A stretch of 64,000 nt of DNA from Candidatus Omnitrophota bacterium (GTDB taxonomy: Bacteria > Omnitrophota > Gorgyraeia > Gygaellales > Profunditerraquicolaceae): the NCBI GenBank assembly GCA_043814315.1, contig JBDRKE010000033.1, positions 10,422 through 74,421 of the forward strand. Direction: 5' to 3'. The notes beneath the pieces are model-generated. The model was not told where the DNA came from and did not search any database. It saw only the letters and a list, made by a program, of their open reading frames with translations. The stretch's first letter is position 1, and every line of letters begins with the position of its first letter. This document shows, one piece after another, positions 9,477-19,542 of the stretch. The translations under genes and the position numbers were made by a program.

Positions 9477-9800
9477 CGCGCAACAAGGGTTATGTCCTTC
9501 GCAGAGCTCAGGATGATTTTGCTGTAACCGCCAGAGGCACAGCAAAATCAATGCCGTGGATGAAACACTAAGGGATATGCACTTTGCAGAGCTCAGGATG
9601 ATTTTGCGCCTAACCCCGAGCATGGCTCGGGATAAAATTAAGCCTAATCACCAGAGGTAGGCTTAATTTTAACCGCCAGAGGCACAGCAAAATCAATGCC
9701 TTGGATGAGGAAGTAAAGGAGATATGCACCTCGCAGGGCGAGGTGCGATTTTGGCATAGGCACCAGAGGTATGCCAAAATCGTGCCTTGGATGAAGAAAG
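9456..9800 (+). repeat. tandem iteration of the ilvC 3' end plus hairpin units
   Basis: ATGCC(T/G)TGGATGA... plus a stop occurs at 9456, 9551, 9696 and 9782. Each unit carries gcagagctcaggatgatttt-like sequence and a CCAGAGG-loop hairpin. Confidence 0.8.
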
Positions 9801-9897
9801 CGTAAAGTGTAAAGCGAAAAGCGTAAAGTTAAAGTGTAAAACTAAAAGTTTTGAATTTTAAGTTTTAGTTTGGCGCATTGCGCTTTGAGTTTTGAGC
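9797..9897. repeat. word-repeat long hairpin (gtaaag / cttt.. words)
   Basis: gcgtaaagtgtaaagcgaaaagcgtaaagttaaagtgtaaaac on the left faces gttttgaattttaagttttagtttgg...ctttgagttttgag on the right. Confidence 0.55.
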
Positions 9898-9904
9898 TAA
9901 CAAC

Positions 9905-11413
9905 ATGGACAAAATAATCATATTTGATACGACATTAAGAGATGGCGAGCAGGCGCCGGGCGCAAGCCTGAATGCGGCGGAAAAACTGGAGATCGCGCAT
10001 GCGCTCGCGGATATGGGCGTAGATGTCATTGAAGCAGGTTTTCCCATATCCAGCAAAGGGGATCTGGCCTCTGTTAAGCAAATCGCCAGAGCCATTAAGG
10101 GGCCGACGATCTGCGGCCTGGCCCGTGCCGTTAAACAGGATATTGATGCCAGCGCTGAGGCTGTCAAGGTTGCCAAGAGGCCCCGTATCCACGTATTCCT
10201 GGCCACTTCCAAGATCCATATGCAGTATAAATTAAAGAAGGCAGAGGAGGAGATCTTAAGGCTTGCCGTAGAATCCGTAAAATACGCTAAAAAATTTTGC
10301 GAGGACATAGAATTTTCACCTGAGGACGCCTCGCGAAGCGAGCGTGAATTTCTTTTTAAGGTTGTTCAGGCGGTTATCGAGGCAGGGGCAACCACGGTCA
10401 ATATTCCCGATACGGTCGGTTACGCAGAACCGCAAGAATACGCGGCTCTGATAAAAGCGATTAAAGAGAATGTCCCGAATATTGACAAGGCCGTTATCTC
10501 CGTACATTGCCATAATGATTTAGGTTTAGCTGTAGCGAATTCCCTGGAAGCGGTAAGAAGCGGTGCCCGCCAGGTGGAGTGTACTGTTAACGGTATAGGG
10601 GAGCGCGCCGGCAATGCCTCGATGGAAGAGATTGTCATGGCCATAAAGACACGCAGGGATATCTTCGGGGATGTTGAAAGTCAGATCCGCACAACGCAAA
10701 TCCATAAGGTCTCTCGCCTCGTAAGCAAACTCACCGGCTTTATCGTAGCCCCGAACAAGGCTATTGTGGGCGCTAACGCTTTCAGGCATGAGTCCGGCAT
10801 TCATCAAGACGGCATTTTAAAGGAGCGCTCAACTTATGAGATTATAAAACCCGAGGATGTAGGATTCGTCGGTTCCGGTATTGTCCTGGGAAAGCATTCC
10901 GGAAGACACGCGCTGGGAGAGCGGTTAAAGGAACTGGGTTTCGATTTGACGGCCGGAGCAGTGGATAAGATTAATATACGCTTCAAAGAGCTTGCCGACA
11001 AAAAGAAAAATGTCTTTGACGAAGACCTGATTGCCGTGGTTGAAGATGAAATCAAGCTGATTAAGCCTTTGTGGAAACTGGAAGGCTTTGAAGTCAATTC
11101 GGGAACGAAAATCACTCCTTCGGCAACGGTTACGTTGAAATACCGTAACAAGCCTCTTTCGGCAAAATCTTCCGGCGATGGCCCGGTGGATGCCTGTTTT
11201 AAAGCCATTGATAAGATCACCGGCATGAAAGCCGAGCTTCAGGATTACCGTATCGAGGCGGTCACGAAAGGCAAGGACGCTTTAGGGGAAGTCGGCCTTA
11301 AACTGAAAGCCAAGGGTAAGGTGGTTACCAGCCGAGGCTCAAGCACGGATATTATCGAAGCCTCTGTCAGGGCCTATGTAAATGCCCTGAATAAGATAGA
11401 GAGTCTTTGGTAG
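9905..11413 (+). CDS. leuA: 2-isopropylmalate synthase
   Basis: 502 aa with [17 protein letters not shown] and HESGIHQDG motifs plus the C-terminal LeuA dimerisation/regulatory domain. Confidence 0.95.
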   Translation: MDKIIIFDTTLRDGEQAPGASLNAAEKLEIAHALADMGVDVIEAGFPISSKGDLASVKQIARAIKGPTICGLARAVKQDIDASAEAVKVAKRPRIHVFLATSKIHMQYKLKKAEEEILRLAVESVKYAKKFCEDIEFSPEDASRSEREFLFKVVQAVIEAGATTVNIPDTVGYAEPQEYAALIKAIKENVPNIDKAVISVHCHNDLGLAVANSLEAVRSGARQVECTVNGIGERAGNASMEEIVMAIKTRRDIFGDVESQIRTTQIHKVSRLVSKLTGFIVAPNKAIVGANAFRHESGIHQDGILKERSTYEIIKPEDVGFVGSGIVLGKHSGRHALGERLKELGFDLTAGAVDKINIRFKELADKKKNVFDEDLIAVVEDEIKLIKPLWKLEGFEVNSGTKITPSATVTLKYRNKPLSAKSSGDGPVDACFKAIDKITGMKAELQDYRIEAVTKGKDALGEVGLKLKAKGKVVTSRGSSTDIIEASVRAYVNALNKIESLW

Positions 11414-11479
11414 CATTTGATAGTGTTTAAGGTAATTAGAGAGTAGAGAAAAGTCCTAAAAGCATTCATAGCTACTTTA

Positions 11480-12331
11480 ATGGATAAAAAGTCCATTACC
11501 ACGATTTATGGCGTTTTAGGTTATCCTGCCCAGCACAGCTTATCCCCTCTTATGCATAATGCGGCATTCCGAGCCCTGAAAATAAACGCGGAATATAGAA
11601 TCTTTGAGGTTAAGCCAGAGGATTTGGATCATTTTCTGGACAACATGGATGCCAACATTTACGGCTTGAATGTCACGATTCCCTATAAAGAGAAAATCTT
11701 GGAGTTTGTTTCTCTTGATGCCGAATCATTTTTCTTGAAGAAGATTGGGGCTGTGAACACGATCGTTAAGAAGGATAATGCCTGGATGGGTTTTAATACG
11801 GATATTCCCGGATTTTCAAAGCATTTAAAAGAGGTCCTTGATCCTTACGATAAGAAAGCCGCTGTTCTGGGAGCCGGAGGTGCGGCCAGGGCTGTTTGTT
11901 ATGCTTTGGTTAAATCCGGGGCAAAGGAAATAGCGATTTTCGATATCGAAAGAACCAAGTCGCAAGGGACCGCCGAAATGATAAAGAACCTATTTCCCCA
12001 TTTTCCCATATCTGCCGTAGGCAGCATCGAAGAATTAAATATAAAAAGCAGGGATTTGCTTATCAATGCGACTCCTGTAGGGATGAAAGAGTCCGATCCT
12101 TGTCTTGTGCCCCAAGAGTTGTTGAGTGAAAACCTTTTTGTGTATGATTTGATTTATAATCCTAAGCAAACGAAGTTATTAGCGCAAGCCCAAAAGGCAG
12201 GCGCCCATACGGAGAACGGCTTGGGGACGCTTCTGTGTCAGGGGGCGCTTTCCTTTGAGCATTTTACAGGCAAGTCTGCGCCTCTGGAAATCATGAAGCA
12301 GGCGCTTAGCCAAGGAGTAAAAAGCTTATGA
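11480..12331 (+). CDS. aroE: shikimate dehydrogenase
   Basis: YGVLGYPAQHSLSPLMHNAAF, NVTIPYK and GAGGAARA motifs. Confidence 0.9.
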   Translation: MDKKSITTIYGVLGYPAQHSLSPLMHNAAFRALKINAEYRIFEVKPEDLDHFLDNMDANIYGLNVTIPYKEKILEFVSLDAESFFLKKIGAVNTIVKKDNAWMGFNTDIPGFSKHLKEVLDPYDKKAAVLGAGGAARAVCYALVKSGAKEIAIFDIERTKSQGTAEMIKNLFPHFPISAVGSIEELNIKSRDLLINATPVGMKESDPCLVPQELLSENLFVYDLIYNPKQTKLLAQAQKAGAHTENGLGTLLCQGALSFEHFTGKSAPLEIMKQALSQGVKSL

Positions 12332-13140
12332 TGGAAAAATCAATCGTGTTTATTTTTGGCTCTATCGTCGGCAGTTTCCTGAATACCTGCATCCACCGGA
12401 TGCCGGGGGGCGAGTCCGTGGTCTGGCCGCGCTCTTATTGCCCCAAATGCAAGAAGAAGATACGCGGATACGATAATATCCCGATTGCAAGTTACATCAT
12501 CTTAAGGGGACGATGCCGTTTCTGCAAAGAAAGGATATCTTTGAGGTATTTTATCGTTGAGTTATTGACGGCGGCTATGTTCCTGGTTGTTTTTAACCAT
12601 TTTGGCCTAAGTTATGATTTTTTCTTCTATATGGTGTTGGTTTGCAGCCTGATAGTAGCGACATTCGTTGATATCGCGCACCGTATTATCCCCGATGAGA
12701 TTTCTGTCGGCGGCTTGATTCTCGGTTTTATCCTAAGTTCCGTTAGGGGGATCACCTTGGGCCCGTTCGCGTTCAACTACAGGCCGTTGTTGAATTCTTT
12801 TCTGGGCATTATCGCCGGCGGTGGGATTTTGTATCTGACGGGATTCGTCTTTGATCTTGTTTATTTCAAGCTCCTCAAAAAACCCCCCATCCAGGGAGAA
12901 ACGCAATCGATGGGCGGAGGGGACATAAAGCTGCTGGCGATGATCGGTGCCTTTTTAGGCTGGCAAAAGGCATTGCTGGTTTTCTTCCTTTCTCCGTTCC
13001 TGGGCGCCTGCGTCGGTATCATAAACCTTCTGGTTAAAAAAGACCACACCATACCCTACGGGCCTTTCTTGTCGTTATCGGCCATTCTCGTCCTATTCTG
13101 GGCAGATAAGATCCTGCAGTTGTTATTCTTTGTGCCGTGA
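12328..13140 (+). CDS. pilD: type IV prepilin peptidase (A24 family)
   Basis: CPKC...CRFC zinc motif, multiple TM helices, and GGGDIKLLA with the catalytic Asp. Confidence 0.88.
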   Translation: MMEKSIVFIFGSIVGSFLNTCIHRMPGGESVVWPRSYCPKCKKKIRGYDNIPIASYIILRGRCRFCKERISLRYFIVELLTAAMFLVVFNHFGLSYDFFFYMVLVCSLIVATFVDIAHRIIPDEISVGGLILGFILSSVRGITLGPFAFNYRPLLNSFLGIIAGGGILYLTGFVFDLVYFKLLKKPPIQGETQSMGGGDIKLLAMIGAFLGWQKALLVFFLSPFLGACVGIINLLVKKDHTIPYGPFLSLSAILVLFWADKILQLLFFVP

Positions 13141-13147
13141 GGACACC

Positions 13148-14956
13148 ATGGTAACCCGCCCTTCCTTAGATGATGATTTGCTGCGTACACTCTCCCATGC
13201 CAAATGGAAATGGATCGGTTCGCAAAAAAAGGCAGGGATACTGGTGCCTTTATTTTCTGTATACTCCAGGCAAAGTCAGGCAATCGGTGATTTAGCTGAT
13301 TTGAAGCTCTTGGTGGATTGGGCGCATTTAACGGCAAACTCCATCATTCAGCTTCTGCCCATGAATGACATGGGGCCTTTATTCTGTCCTTATGATTCCA
13401 ATAGTTCCTTTGCCCTGGAGCCCGCCACTATTTCACTTAAGGACTTTGATATCGATACCAAAGATTTAAAAAGAAACTTTCCTGCAGGCAAGAGCCACAT
13501 CCATTATTCTATCAAAGAAGAGAAAATGAGGTTGCTTTGGGAAGTTTACCTTCGGGAGAAAAAAAGCAGCCCGGCGTTTGAGAAGTTCCAGGAAGAAAAC
13601 GCCTATTGGCTTTCGGATTTCGCCCTCTACAAGGTGCTCAAAGAGGTGCATGCGGGAAGCCCTTGGTACGATTGGCCGCAACCCTTGAAAAATCGATGTG
13701 CCGCAGCCCTGGAGGAGTTTAAAAGAGAACATGCCGTAAAAGTTGCCTTTCACATGTGGGTGCAGTGGGTAGCTTACCGGCAGTTTAAAGAGATTAAGAG
13801 TTATGCGCACTCAAAAAAGGTGTTACTTAAGGGAGACCTTCCCATCTTAGTTTCCAGGGACAGCGCCGATGTCTGGCAGCACCCGGGATATTTTAAACTG
13901 GAGTTTTCCGCCGGAGCACCGCCGGATATGTATTGCGCTAAGGGCCAACGCTGGGGCATGCCGCCGAATAATTGGGAGAAGATTTCAGACGACAGTTTTC
14001 AATATGTAAAAGAAAAACTTAAGTTCGCCCAGCAATTCTATGACATTTTAAGGATAGACCATGTGGTGGGATTATTTCGCATATGGAGCATTCCTTATCA
14101 GGAACCCCAGGAAAATAAAGGCCTCAATGGTTTTTTTGACCCGAGGGAAGAGTCTGTCTGGAAAGAACATGGCAGAAGAATCCTTAAGGTCATTCTGGAC
14201 AGTACGTCCATGCTGTTATGCGCCGAGGATTTAGGGACTATACCCTCGGCCTGTCCGCAGGCCTTAAAAGAGTTTGGCATTCCCGGCAATGATGTGCAGC
14301 GCTGGGCCAAGGATTGGTGGCACAGGCATGATTTTTTAGATCCCCATGAGTACCGCGGTCTTTGCGTGGCGATGTTATCCACGCATGACACGACGAACTG
14401 GCCTGCCTGGTGGGAGAATGAGGCAGGCACGGTGGACGAGGAGCTTTTCATCAGGAAATGCTCTGACCATCGGCAGATAAACTTTAGCCACGTCAGGAAT
14501 AAATTATTTGATTCCTCTCGTTCCCATCATGGGAGGCTGCGCTGGCAGGAGAAGGTTGATTCAGTGGATAAACTGGTGGCGGTTCTAGGGAAGAGAAAAG
14601 AAGAGCTGGCGGATTTTATAGATTTGTACGAAAATACCTATCGCGAAAAAGAAAAACTGTGGAAGCATCTAAAGCTGCCCGGGCCCATGCGGGAGAAATC
14701 CGATGCCAAGATTGTTGCCCGGGCCTTGCGGATAAGCCTGGATTCCAGCGCCCTATTCTGTATCAATACGTTAGTGGATTGGCTGTATATTGCTGATGTG
14801 CATAAGGGGGACGCTTATCAAAACAGGATTAATACGCCTGGCACCATCAGCGACAAGAACTGGTCCCTCACGGTCCCGCTTTCCCTGGAAGAGCTCCTCA
14901 AGCATAAAATCAACAAGACCATCCGCAAGATGATTGAGTCTTCGGGAAGAGTATAA
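13148..14956 (+). CDS. malQ: 4-alpha-glucanotransferase (amylomaltase, GH77)
   Basis: LLPMND, SPYDSNSSFA-like, QRWGMPP, LRIDHVVG and EDLGTIP motifs. Start set at ATG 13148. Confidence 0.85.
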   Translation: MVTRPSLDDDLLRTLSHAKWKWIGSQKKAGILVPLFSVYSRQSQAIGDLADLKLLVDWAHLTANSIIQLLPMNDMGPLFCPYDSNSSFALEPATISLKDFDIDTKDLKRNFPAGKSHIHYSIKEEKMRLLWEVYLREKKSSPAFEKFQEENAYWLSDFALYKVLKEVHAGSPWYDWPQPLKNRCAAALEEFKREHAVKVAFHMWVQWVAYRQFKEIKSYAHSKKVLLKGDLPILVSRDSADVWQHPGYFKLEFSAGAPPDMYCAKGQRWGMPPNNWEKISDDSFQYVKEKLKFAQQFYDILRIDHVVGLFRIWSIPYQEPQENKGLNGFFDPREESVWKEHGRRILKVILDSTSMLLCAEDLGTIPSACPQALKEFGIPGNDVQRWAKDWWHRHDFLDPHEYRGLCVAMLSTHDTTNWPAWWENEAGTVDEELFIRKCSDHRQINFSHVRNKLFDSSRSHHGRLRWQEKVDSVDKLVAVLGKRKEELADFIDLYENTYREKEKLWKHLKLPGPMREKSDAKIVARALRISLDSSALFCINTLVDWLYIADVHKGDAYQNRINTPGTISDKNWSLTVPLSLEELLKHKINKTIRKMIESSGRV

Positions 14957-15090
14957 TGGGCTATATGTTTTTCCCTGCTTCGGGGTGTGTGCTCGTCAAA
15001 TTTTCCTCGCACACGCCCCTCACGGGGACTTCTTCAACTCCTCATCAATATATAGAAGTATAAGATAATATAAATAAATATAAAGAAGTA

Positions 15091-15119
15091 TTGACATCTT
15101 CCTGCTTTTGAGGTATACT
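15091..15119 (+). promoter_or_regulatory. sigma70-type promoter of the toxin-antitoxin pair
   Basis: TTGACA (15091-15096), 17-nt spacer, TATACT (15114-15119), about 25 nt upstream of the aaggagg SD and ATG 15145. Confidence 0.6.
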
Positions 15120-15144
15120 TGTAGCAAAAAGGAGGGAATATACC

Positions 15145-15429
15145 ATGATTCAAGAGGTTATGACCACAGAGCAGTTAGCCAAATATTTGCAATTGGATGA
15201 ACAGACCATTTACCGCAAGGCACGTGCGGGCCAGATTCCGGCAGTACATATCGGAAAGACTTTAAGGTTTAAGAAAGAAGTAATCGACGGCTGGCTGAGG
15301 ATTTCTTCTCTAAGGTGGACAGCCAAGAAAAGGCAGTCCTTAAGGGGCTGGGCAGAGGAATTTGCCAAGGAAAAGGGACTTAAGGAAGAAGATTTAGAGA
15401 AGGCAATCTCCAAGAGAAGATATCATTGA
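15145..15429 (+). CDS. excisionase-family HTH DNA-binding protein (putative antitoxin)
   Basis: MTTEQLAKYLQLDEQTIYRKARAGQIPAVHIGKTLRF is the excisionase/MerR-like HTH pattern. It overlaps the PIN gene by 4 nt. Confidence 0.75.
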   Translation: MIQEVMTTEQLAKYLQLDEQTIYRKARAGQIPAVHIGKTLRFKKEVIDGWLRISSLRWTAKKRQSLRGWAEEFAKEKGLKEEDLEKAISKRRYH

Positions 15430-15833
15430 TGATAAAAGTCATCCTTGATACTAATGTTCTAATCTCTAGTCTTTTCTGGAAAGGTTCTTCCCGCCATATC
15501 GTAGATTTAGCCATCGCCAGTAAGATCAAATCCGTAACTTCCCCTGAAATAATGGAAGAGGTGGAGGCGGTTTTATACGAAGACTTTCCGCAGGTGCCTT
15601 ATGAGAAAATTGAATGGATCATCAGAGACATTTTAAGTTATTCTCAGTTGATCATACCGCGCCGGGTTACGGTGAAAAGATTAAGGGATTCCAAGGACAC
15701 GAAAATCATTGCCTGTGCTTTAAACGCGAAAGCGGAATATATCGTTACAGGAGACAAAGACCTTCTTGCGTTGGAGAAATATGCAGAAGTAAGGATACTA
15801 ACCCCCAAAACCTTCTTAGATTTATTCAAATAG
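15426..15833 (+). CDS. PIN-domain toxin (putative ribonuclease)
   Basis: VILDTNVLISS at the N-terminus and YIVTGDKDLL near the C-terminus, the conserved acidic PIN residues. Confidence 0.78.
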   Translation: MMIKVILDTNVLISSLFWKGSSRHIVDLAIASKIKSVTSPEIMEEVEAVLYEDFPQVPYEKIEWIIRDILSYSQLIIPRRVTVKRLRDSKDTKIIACALNAKAEYIVTGDKDLLALEKYAEVRILTPKTFLDLFK

Positions 15834-16203
15834 ATTTACCAAGCCCTGCTTTCAGCAAAGGCCCCACTGCTTTAACTTAGCTCTTATCGGATTAAATGAA
15901 TACTCCTCGGGCTTTAGCCCGAGGTTTCCTAGACAGCCCCCGACTCGGCTAAATTCACCAAGAAATCTCGCTATAATTTTTGTGCTCGTCGGGGTAATCG
16001 TAACGCATTCATCCCCGGCTTGAAAACCGCGGATTTCTGCGTTACGATTAAAAGAAAAAGGGGCATCTGTTTGGACTGGCCTTTTTGGCTGAGAAACCGC
16101 TAAGGCTGGAGACGCCCCCTTAATTTACCCGCTACCCGATTATCGGTAAATTACGTCAAGATTATCGCAGATAATCTTGACGTTTCTTACGAGCCGGAGT
16201 AAA

Positions 16204-19200
16204 TTATCCCTTCCCTAAAAATACCTCCCTTAATTCCTGCGCGCTTCCCATGGATTCTAACACTACCAGGATGTCTCTGAGTGTGGCGTCAGTTGAGCAG
16301 CAGCTTTCTTCCTCTGACCTTAAGATATCCGATATGCAAAAAAGAATTTTATCCCTATCCTGCGTTATGCTCTCTTGAGCGCAGGATGTCTGTATATATT
16401 CCTTTATTCTCTCCGAAGAGGGAGTAATCCCTGAACTTGCCATCCTTGCAATCTGCCGCCACTCCTCATCAAGGTTAGTGCTAACCAAATTCCGAATAGC
16501 CGAAGAACTAATATTTACGCTTAAGTTAGTCATCGCCTGGGTGACGATGGGGAGAGAGCGGAAATCGATTCCTCCAAATCTTTGTTCCATCGCCGAGCTG
16601 GCGGTCTCTGGCTCAAGCGGCGAGCCGGAGACGGGATTATTTCCCAATGGAGGAGAATTTTTGATAGAACCGTCTCCTTTTTCTCTCGCAAGAACCTCCG
16701 TCATCCTCATAAAAAGCAGCATTTTTTCAAGCTGAGAGATTGCTACTTTAAGTTTCTCGCCCTCCAGAGGTTTGCTTTTAAAAATCTCATCAAGTTTATA
16801 TGTAAAAGTGCTGAAAAATACATTTACGGCAAAACGATAATCACTGCAGATACTCTCCGGAGTTCCACTCCTTTGAAATTCCTTTTCTGCTCTATCTAAA
16901 ACTTCCCCTGCCTTCATTCTTTTCATGGTATCCTGTAAGGCATTGACGGCATCCGCGTTCCAGGTTAGTGCCGCCTCGTAAATCTTGATTGCCTGCTGCC
17001 AGAATAAATATGAACCCCGGGTATGATAATAAATATCCCTCATGACCGGATTATCAGCGAAAGGAAGCCTATACAGCCTGGTTTCCTGACGCGAAAGAAG
17101 AGACGGCACATAATACAGGCGATAACTAATAGTTTTCCCGTCTTTTTGAGGGATTCCAATACCAGCCCACTCAAAGCCGTTCTCTAACCAATCCCTAAAA
17201 TCACTGTCACTAAATTCAAGCCCTCCGTCGGGATGATAATGAAAATAAAAAACCGGGGTTGCTTTTTTTTGTTCCACTTCTTTTTGTACGCGCATTTGAT
17301 ATCTCATTGTCCGTGCATGAGAATAATCCGTTATAATCAGATCCCAGTCGTTTTCTAAACTTAATCCTCCCCTTTCCGTTATTATGCGCTGAACAGCTAC
17401 GATATTTTCTGGCAAAGTTATGGGTGCCAGTTTTGAAATTATAGCTACAGCTTCCCCCCAGTCATATTGGTCAGAGAAAATAATAGAATCGCCTTCTTTG
17501 TCCGATATCAGTGTAAGCCTACCTTGAGAATTAACTTCTAAGCGTAAATCATATGACTCTGCTATAGCACGCAAAACCTTTTCTTTAAATCCTCCGATCA
17601 TATACCGTTCGACCAATTTTGTCTCTACATAAAGAATTTTATTTCTTCTGGGTAAAATCAGATCCACCAGTATATCCTTATTGCCCTCTTTTCTAACCAA
17701 GCCCACAGTCGATAATTCAGCATCTCTATATATATCCAAATAGCGCCGATGGAATTCATTCATTTGTTCTATAACTTGAGCTTCCGCATATAACAGCTCA
17801 TCTTCATATATTCCAAAAACCGAAATCAAAGGTCTTGCTGCTGTTGACCCCATTGCCGAAGAGGCTTTAACAGGCCCACTCTCCATCACCGAGCTGGCGG
17901 ACTCTGGCTCAAGCGGCGAGCCGGAGGTTTCCTTGGAAAAATCAGAACCGTCCCTATTTCCTGCAAGATCAATCTCGCTAGTTTCTACATTAACTTGAAC
18001 TGCTATCATTCTTGCCTTATTACGTTTGTCAAAAAGAGTTATCGTTATTGTAGGGGCATAAATCTCCTCTTTCGTGACAGGCTTGACGATGCCACTGTAA
18101 GACAGATAAATAAAATCATCAACGGAAATCCCAAAAAGATCAACAACTTCATGGCGCTTGCTTTCGCTCACCAAAACACCAAAAGCTTCATAAGCTTTTT
18201 TTTCATTTTCTACTGTATCCTTGTTTGGCTCCATGGCTTTAGCAGCTTTATAACTTGCCTCCTGAGCCAAATATTCGTCCATCAAAGGAGCAAGACCTGG
18301 ATTTTCTTTGTGATTTTTTATATGTGTTGCTTCATGAGCTATCATCCGGGCTAACCAAGCATCTCTAGCTTCTTGTGAGGGTAACGCCTCTGAATTATTA
18401 TAGTAGTCATACCCTACAACAATCAATTCCAAGTCCCCAAAAATCGCCATACCCCAGTCATCATTCATGCCCTTCAAAAAGAACAACACCGGCACAAAAG
18501 AAGTACTACTGGAAAGAATATTCTCCGCCATCAAGTAATCATAAGCTTGCCTGACCAGTGTTTCGTTCTGATTAGAAAGATTAATGGATGTCTTTAAATC
18601 CTCTTCAGAAACTGAACCGAGTCTGTTGCTTACCGCATCTTGAAGTTCTTTTAAAGAAAATTCCACGCCTTGTAAAATGCTATCCTTTTTATTTTCACCG
18701 CTTTTCTCATAACTACCTCCACAGCCTAAAAAACCGAATGTCGCCCCTACTGCCAAAGCCTTTATTAATGTCCGTGTCTGTTTAAGAAATTCTCGCCTTG
18801 AAAGATCTGACGATTCTCCCACCGCCGAAGAAGCTATGGACGTCTGTTCTTGGGGGCGCAACTCTACTTTATCTATTTCGCTCGACATGGTTGTAGCACC
18901 CACTTTAATTTCTATAACATTATGATTTAAACTCTGAGGAAGGCGACTTGCTATCGAAGACGATACAGCTCCTGTTTTAGGATTATGCACTACTTCACCT
19001 AATCCAGGCATACGTCCTAAGTCAAATATTTCTCCTCCACTAAAATAACTCCTTATTGTCTGACCATAGGGTGTATAAACTGGCTCCTTGATATTATATT
19101 CTCCATCTTTAAATGACTTCTGGTATTCTTTAAAATAGGGAGTCTTTGACCAGTTTTCTTTGGAGGTAAGGTTAGTTAAGTCTTTTCTATCTATGAGATG

Positions 19201-19539
19201 GGAATAAAGGCCATCTTTACTGTAGTAGCGTGCCTTAAACCACTGGGCCATAATCAAAGAATAATAAACCTGCCTTAAGGAAGCGTAGCGCTTGGAGGAG
19301 TTTACTTCTTTGGTAAGTTTGGGGATGATGAGCTCGCGGATGAGCTGTGTAGAATATTCGTTCAGGATTTTGGAGCGTTCATCCTTAAACTCATAGTTCC
19401 CTGCACCCTGCACCATCCACCCTGCACCCTGGCCACTCTCCTGTCCCCTCAAATAATCCTGCTCTAACATGACCTTTAAAGTGGCTTTATAAATATAGGC
19501 CGAGTCCGTCGTCTCGCGGATAATGATCTCTCCCGGCAC
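16204..19539 (-). CDS. giant modular secreted protein paralog, main fragment (downstream of in-frame TGA)
   Basis: The first ~170 aa and last ~125 aa align to the 38398-43587 product. Internally it has SRREFLK...FLGC, HEATH, HYHx7SxxD and two 44-nt SGSPLEPE junctions. Confidence 0.75.
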   Translation of the reverse strand: MPGEIIIRETTDSAYIYKATLKVMLEQDYLRGQESGQGAGWMVQGAGNYEFKDERSKILNEYSTQLIRELIIPKLTKEVNSSKRYASLRQVYYSLIMAQWFKARYYSKDGLYSHLIDRKDLTNLTSKENWSKTPYFKEYQKSFKDGEYNIKEPVYTPYGQTIRSYFSGGEIFDLGRMPGLGEVVHNPKTGAVSSSIASRLPQSLNHNVIEIKVGATTMSSEIDKVELRPQEQTSIASSAVGESSDLSRREFLKQTRTLIKALAVGATFGFLGCGGSYEKSGENKKDSILQGVEFSLKELQDAVSNRLGSVSEEDLKTSINLSNQNETLVRQAYDYLMAENILSSSTSFVPVLFFLKGMNDDWGMAIFGDLELIVVGYDYYNNSEALPSQEARDAWLARMIAHEATHIKNHKENPGLAPLMDEYLAQEASYKAAKAMEPNKDTVENEKKAYEAFGVLVSESKRHEVVDLFGISVDDFIYLSYSGIVKPVTKEEIYAPTITITLFDKRNKARMIAVQVNVETSEIDLAGNRDGSDFSKETSGSPLEPESASSVMESGPVKASSAMGSTAARPLISVFGIYEDELLYAEAQVIEQMNEFHRRYLDIYRDAELSTVGLVRKEGNKDILVDLILPRRNKILYVETKLVERYMIGGFKEKVLRAIAESYDLRLEVNSQGRLTLISDKEGDSIIFSDQYDWGEAVAIISKLAPITLPENIVAVQRIITERGGLSLENDWDLIITDYSHARTMRYQMRVQKEVEQKKATPVFYFHYHPDGGLEFSDSDFRDWLENGFEWAGIGIPQKDGKTISYRLYYVPSLLSRQETRLYRLPFADNPVMRDIYYHTRGSYLFWQQAIKIYEAALTWNADAVNALQDTMKRMKAGEVLDRAEKEFQRSGTPESICSDYRFAVNVFFSTFTYKLDEIFKSKPLEGEKLKVAISQLEKMLLFMRMTEVLAREKGDGSIKNSPPLGNNPVSGSPLEPETASSAMEQRFGGIDFRSLPIVTQAMTNLSVNISSSAIRNLVSTNLDEEWRQIARMASSGITPSSERIKEYIQTSCAQESITQDRDKILFCISDILRSEEESCCSTDATLRDILVVLESMGSAQELREVFLGKG

Positions 19540-19542
19540 AAT

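Noticed and set aside
9456-9900. Possible CRISPR array, because of regularly recurring sequence blocks between ilvC and leuA.
   Set aside because: The units are unequal (95, 145 and 86 nt) and the repeated parts are degenerate. The 'spacers' are themselves homologous hairpins, the first repeat is the 3' end of ilvC, and there are no cas genes nearby.
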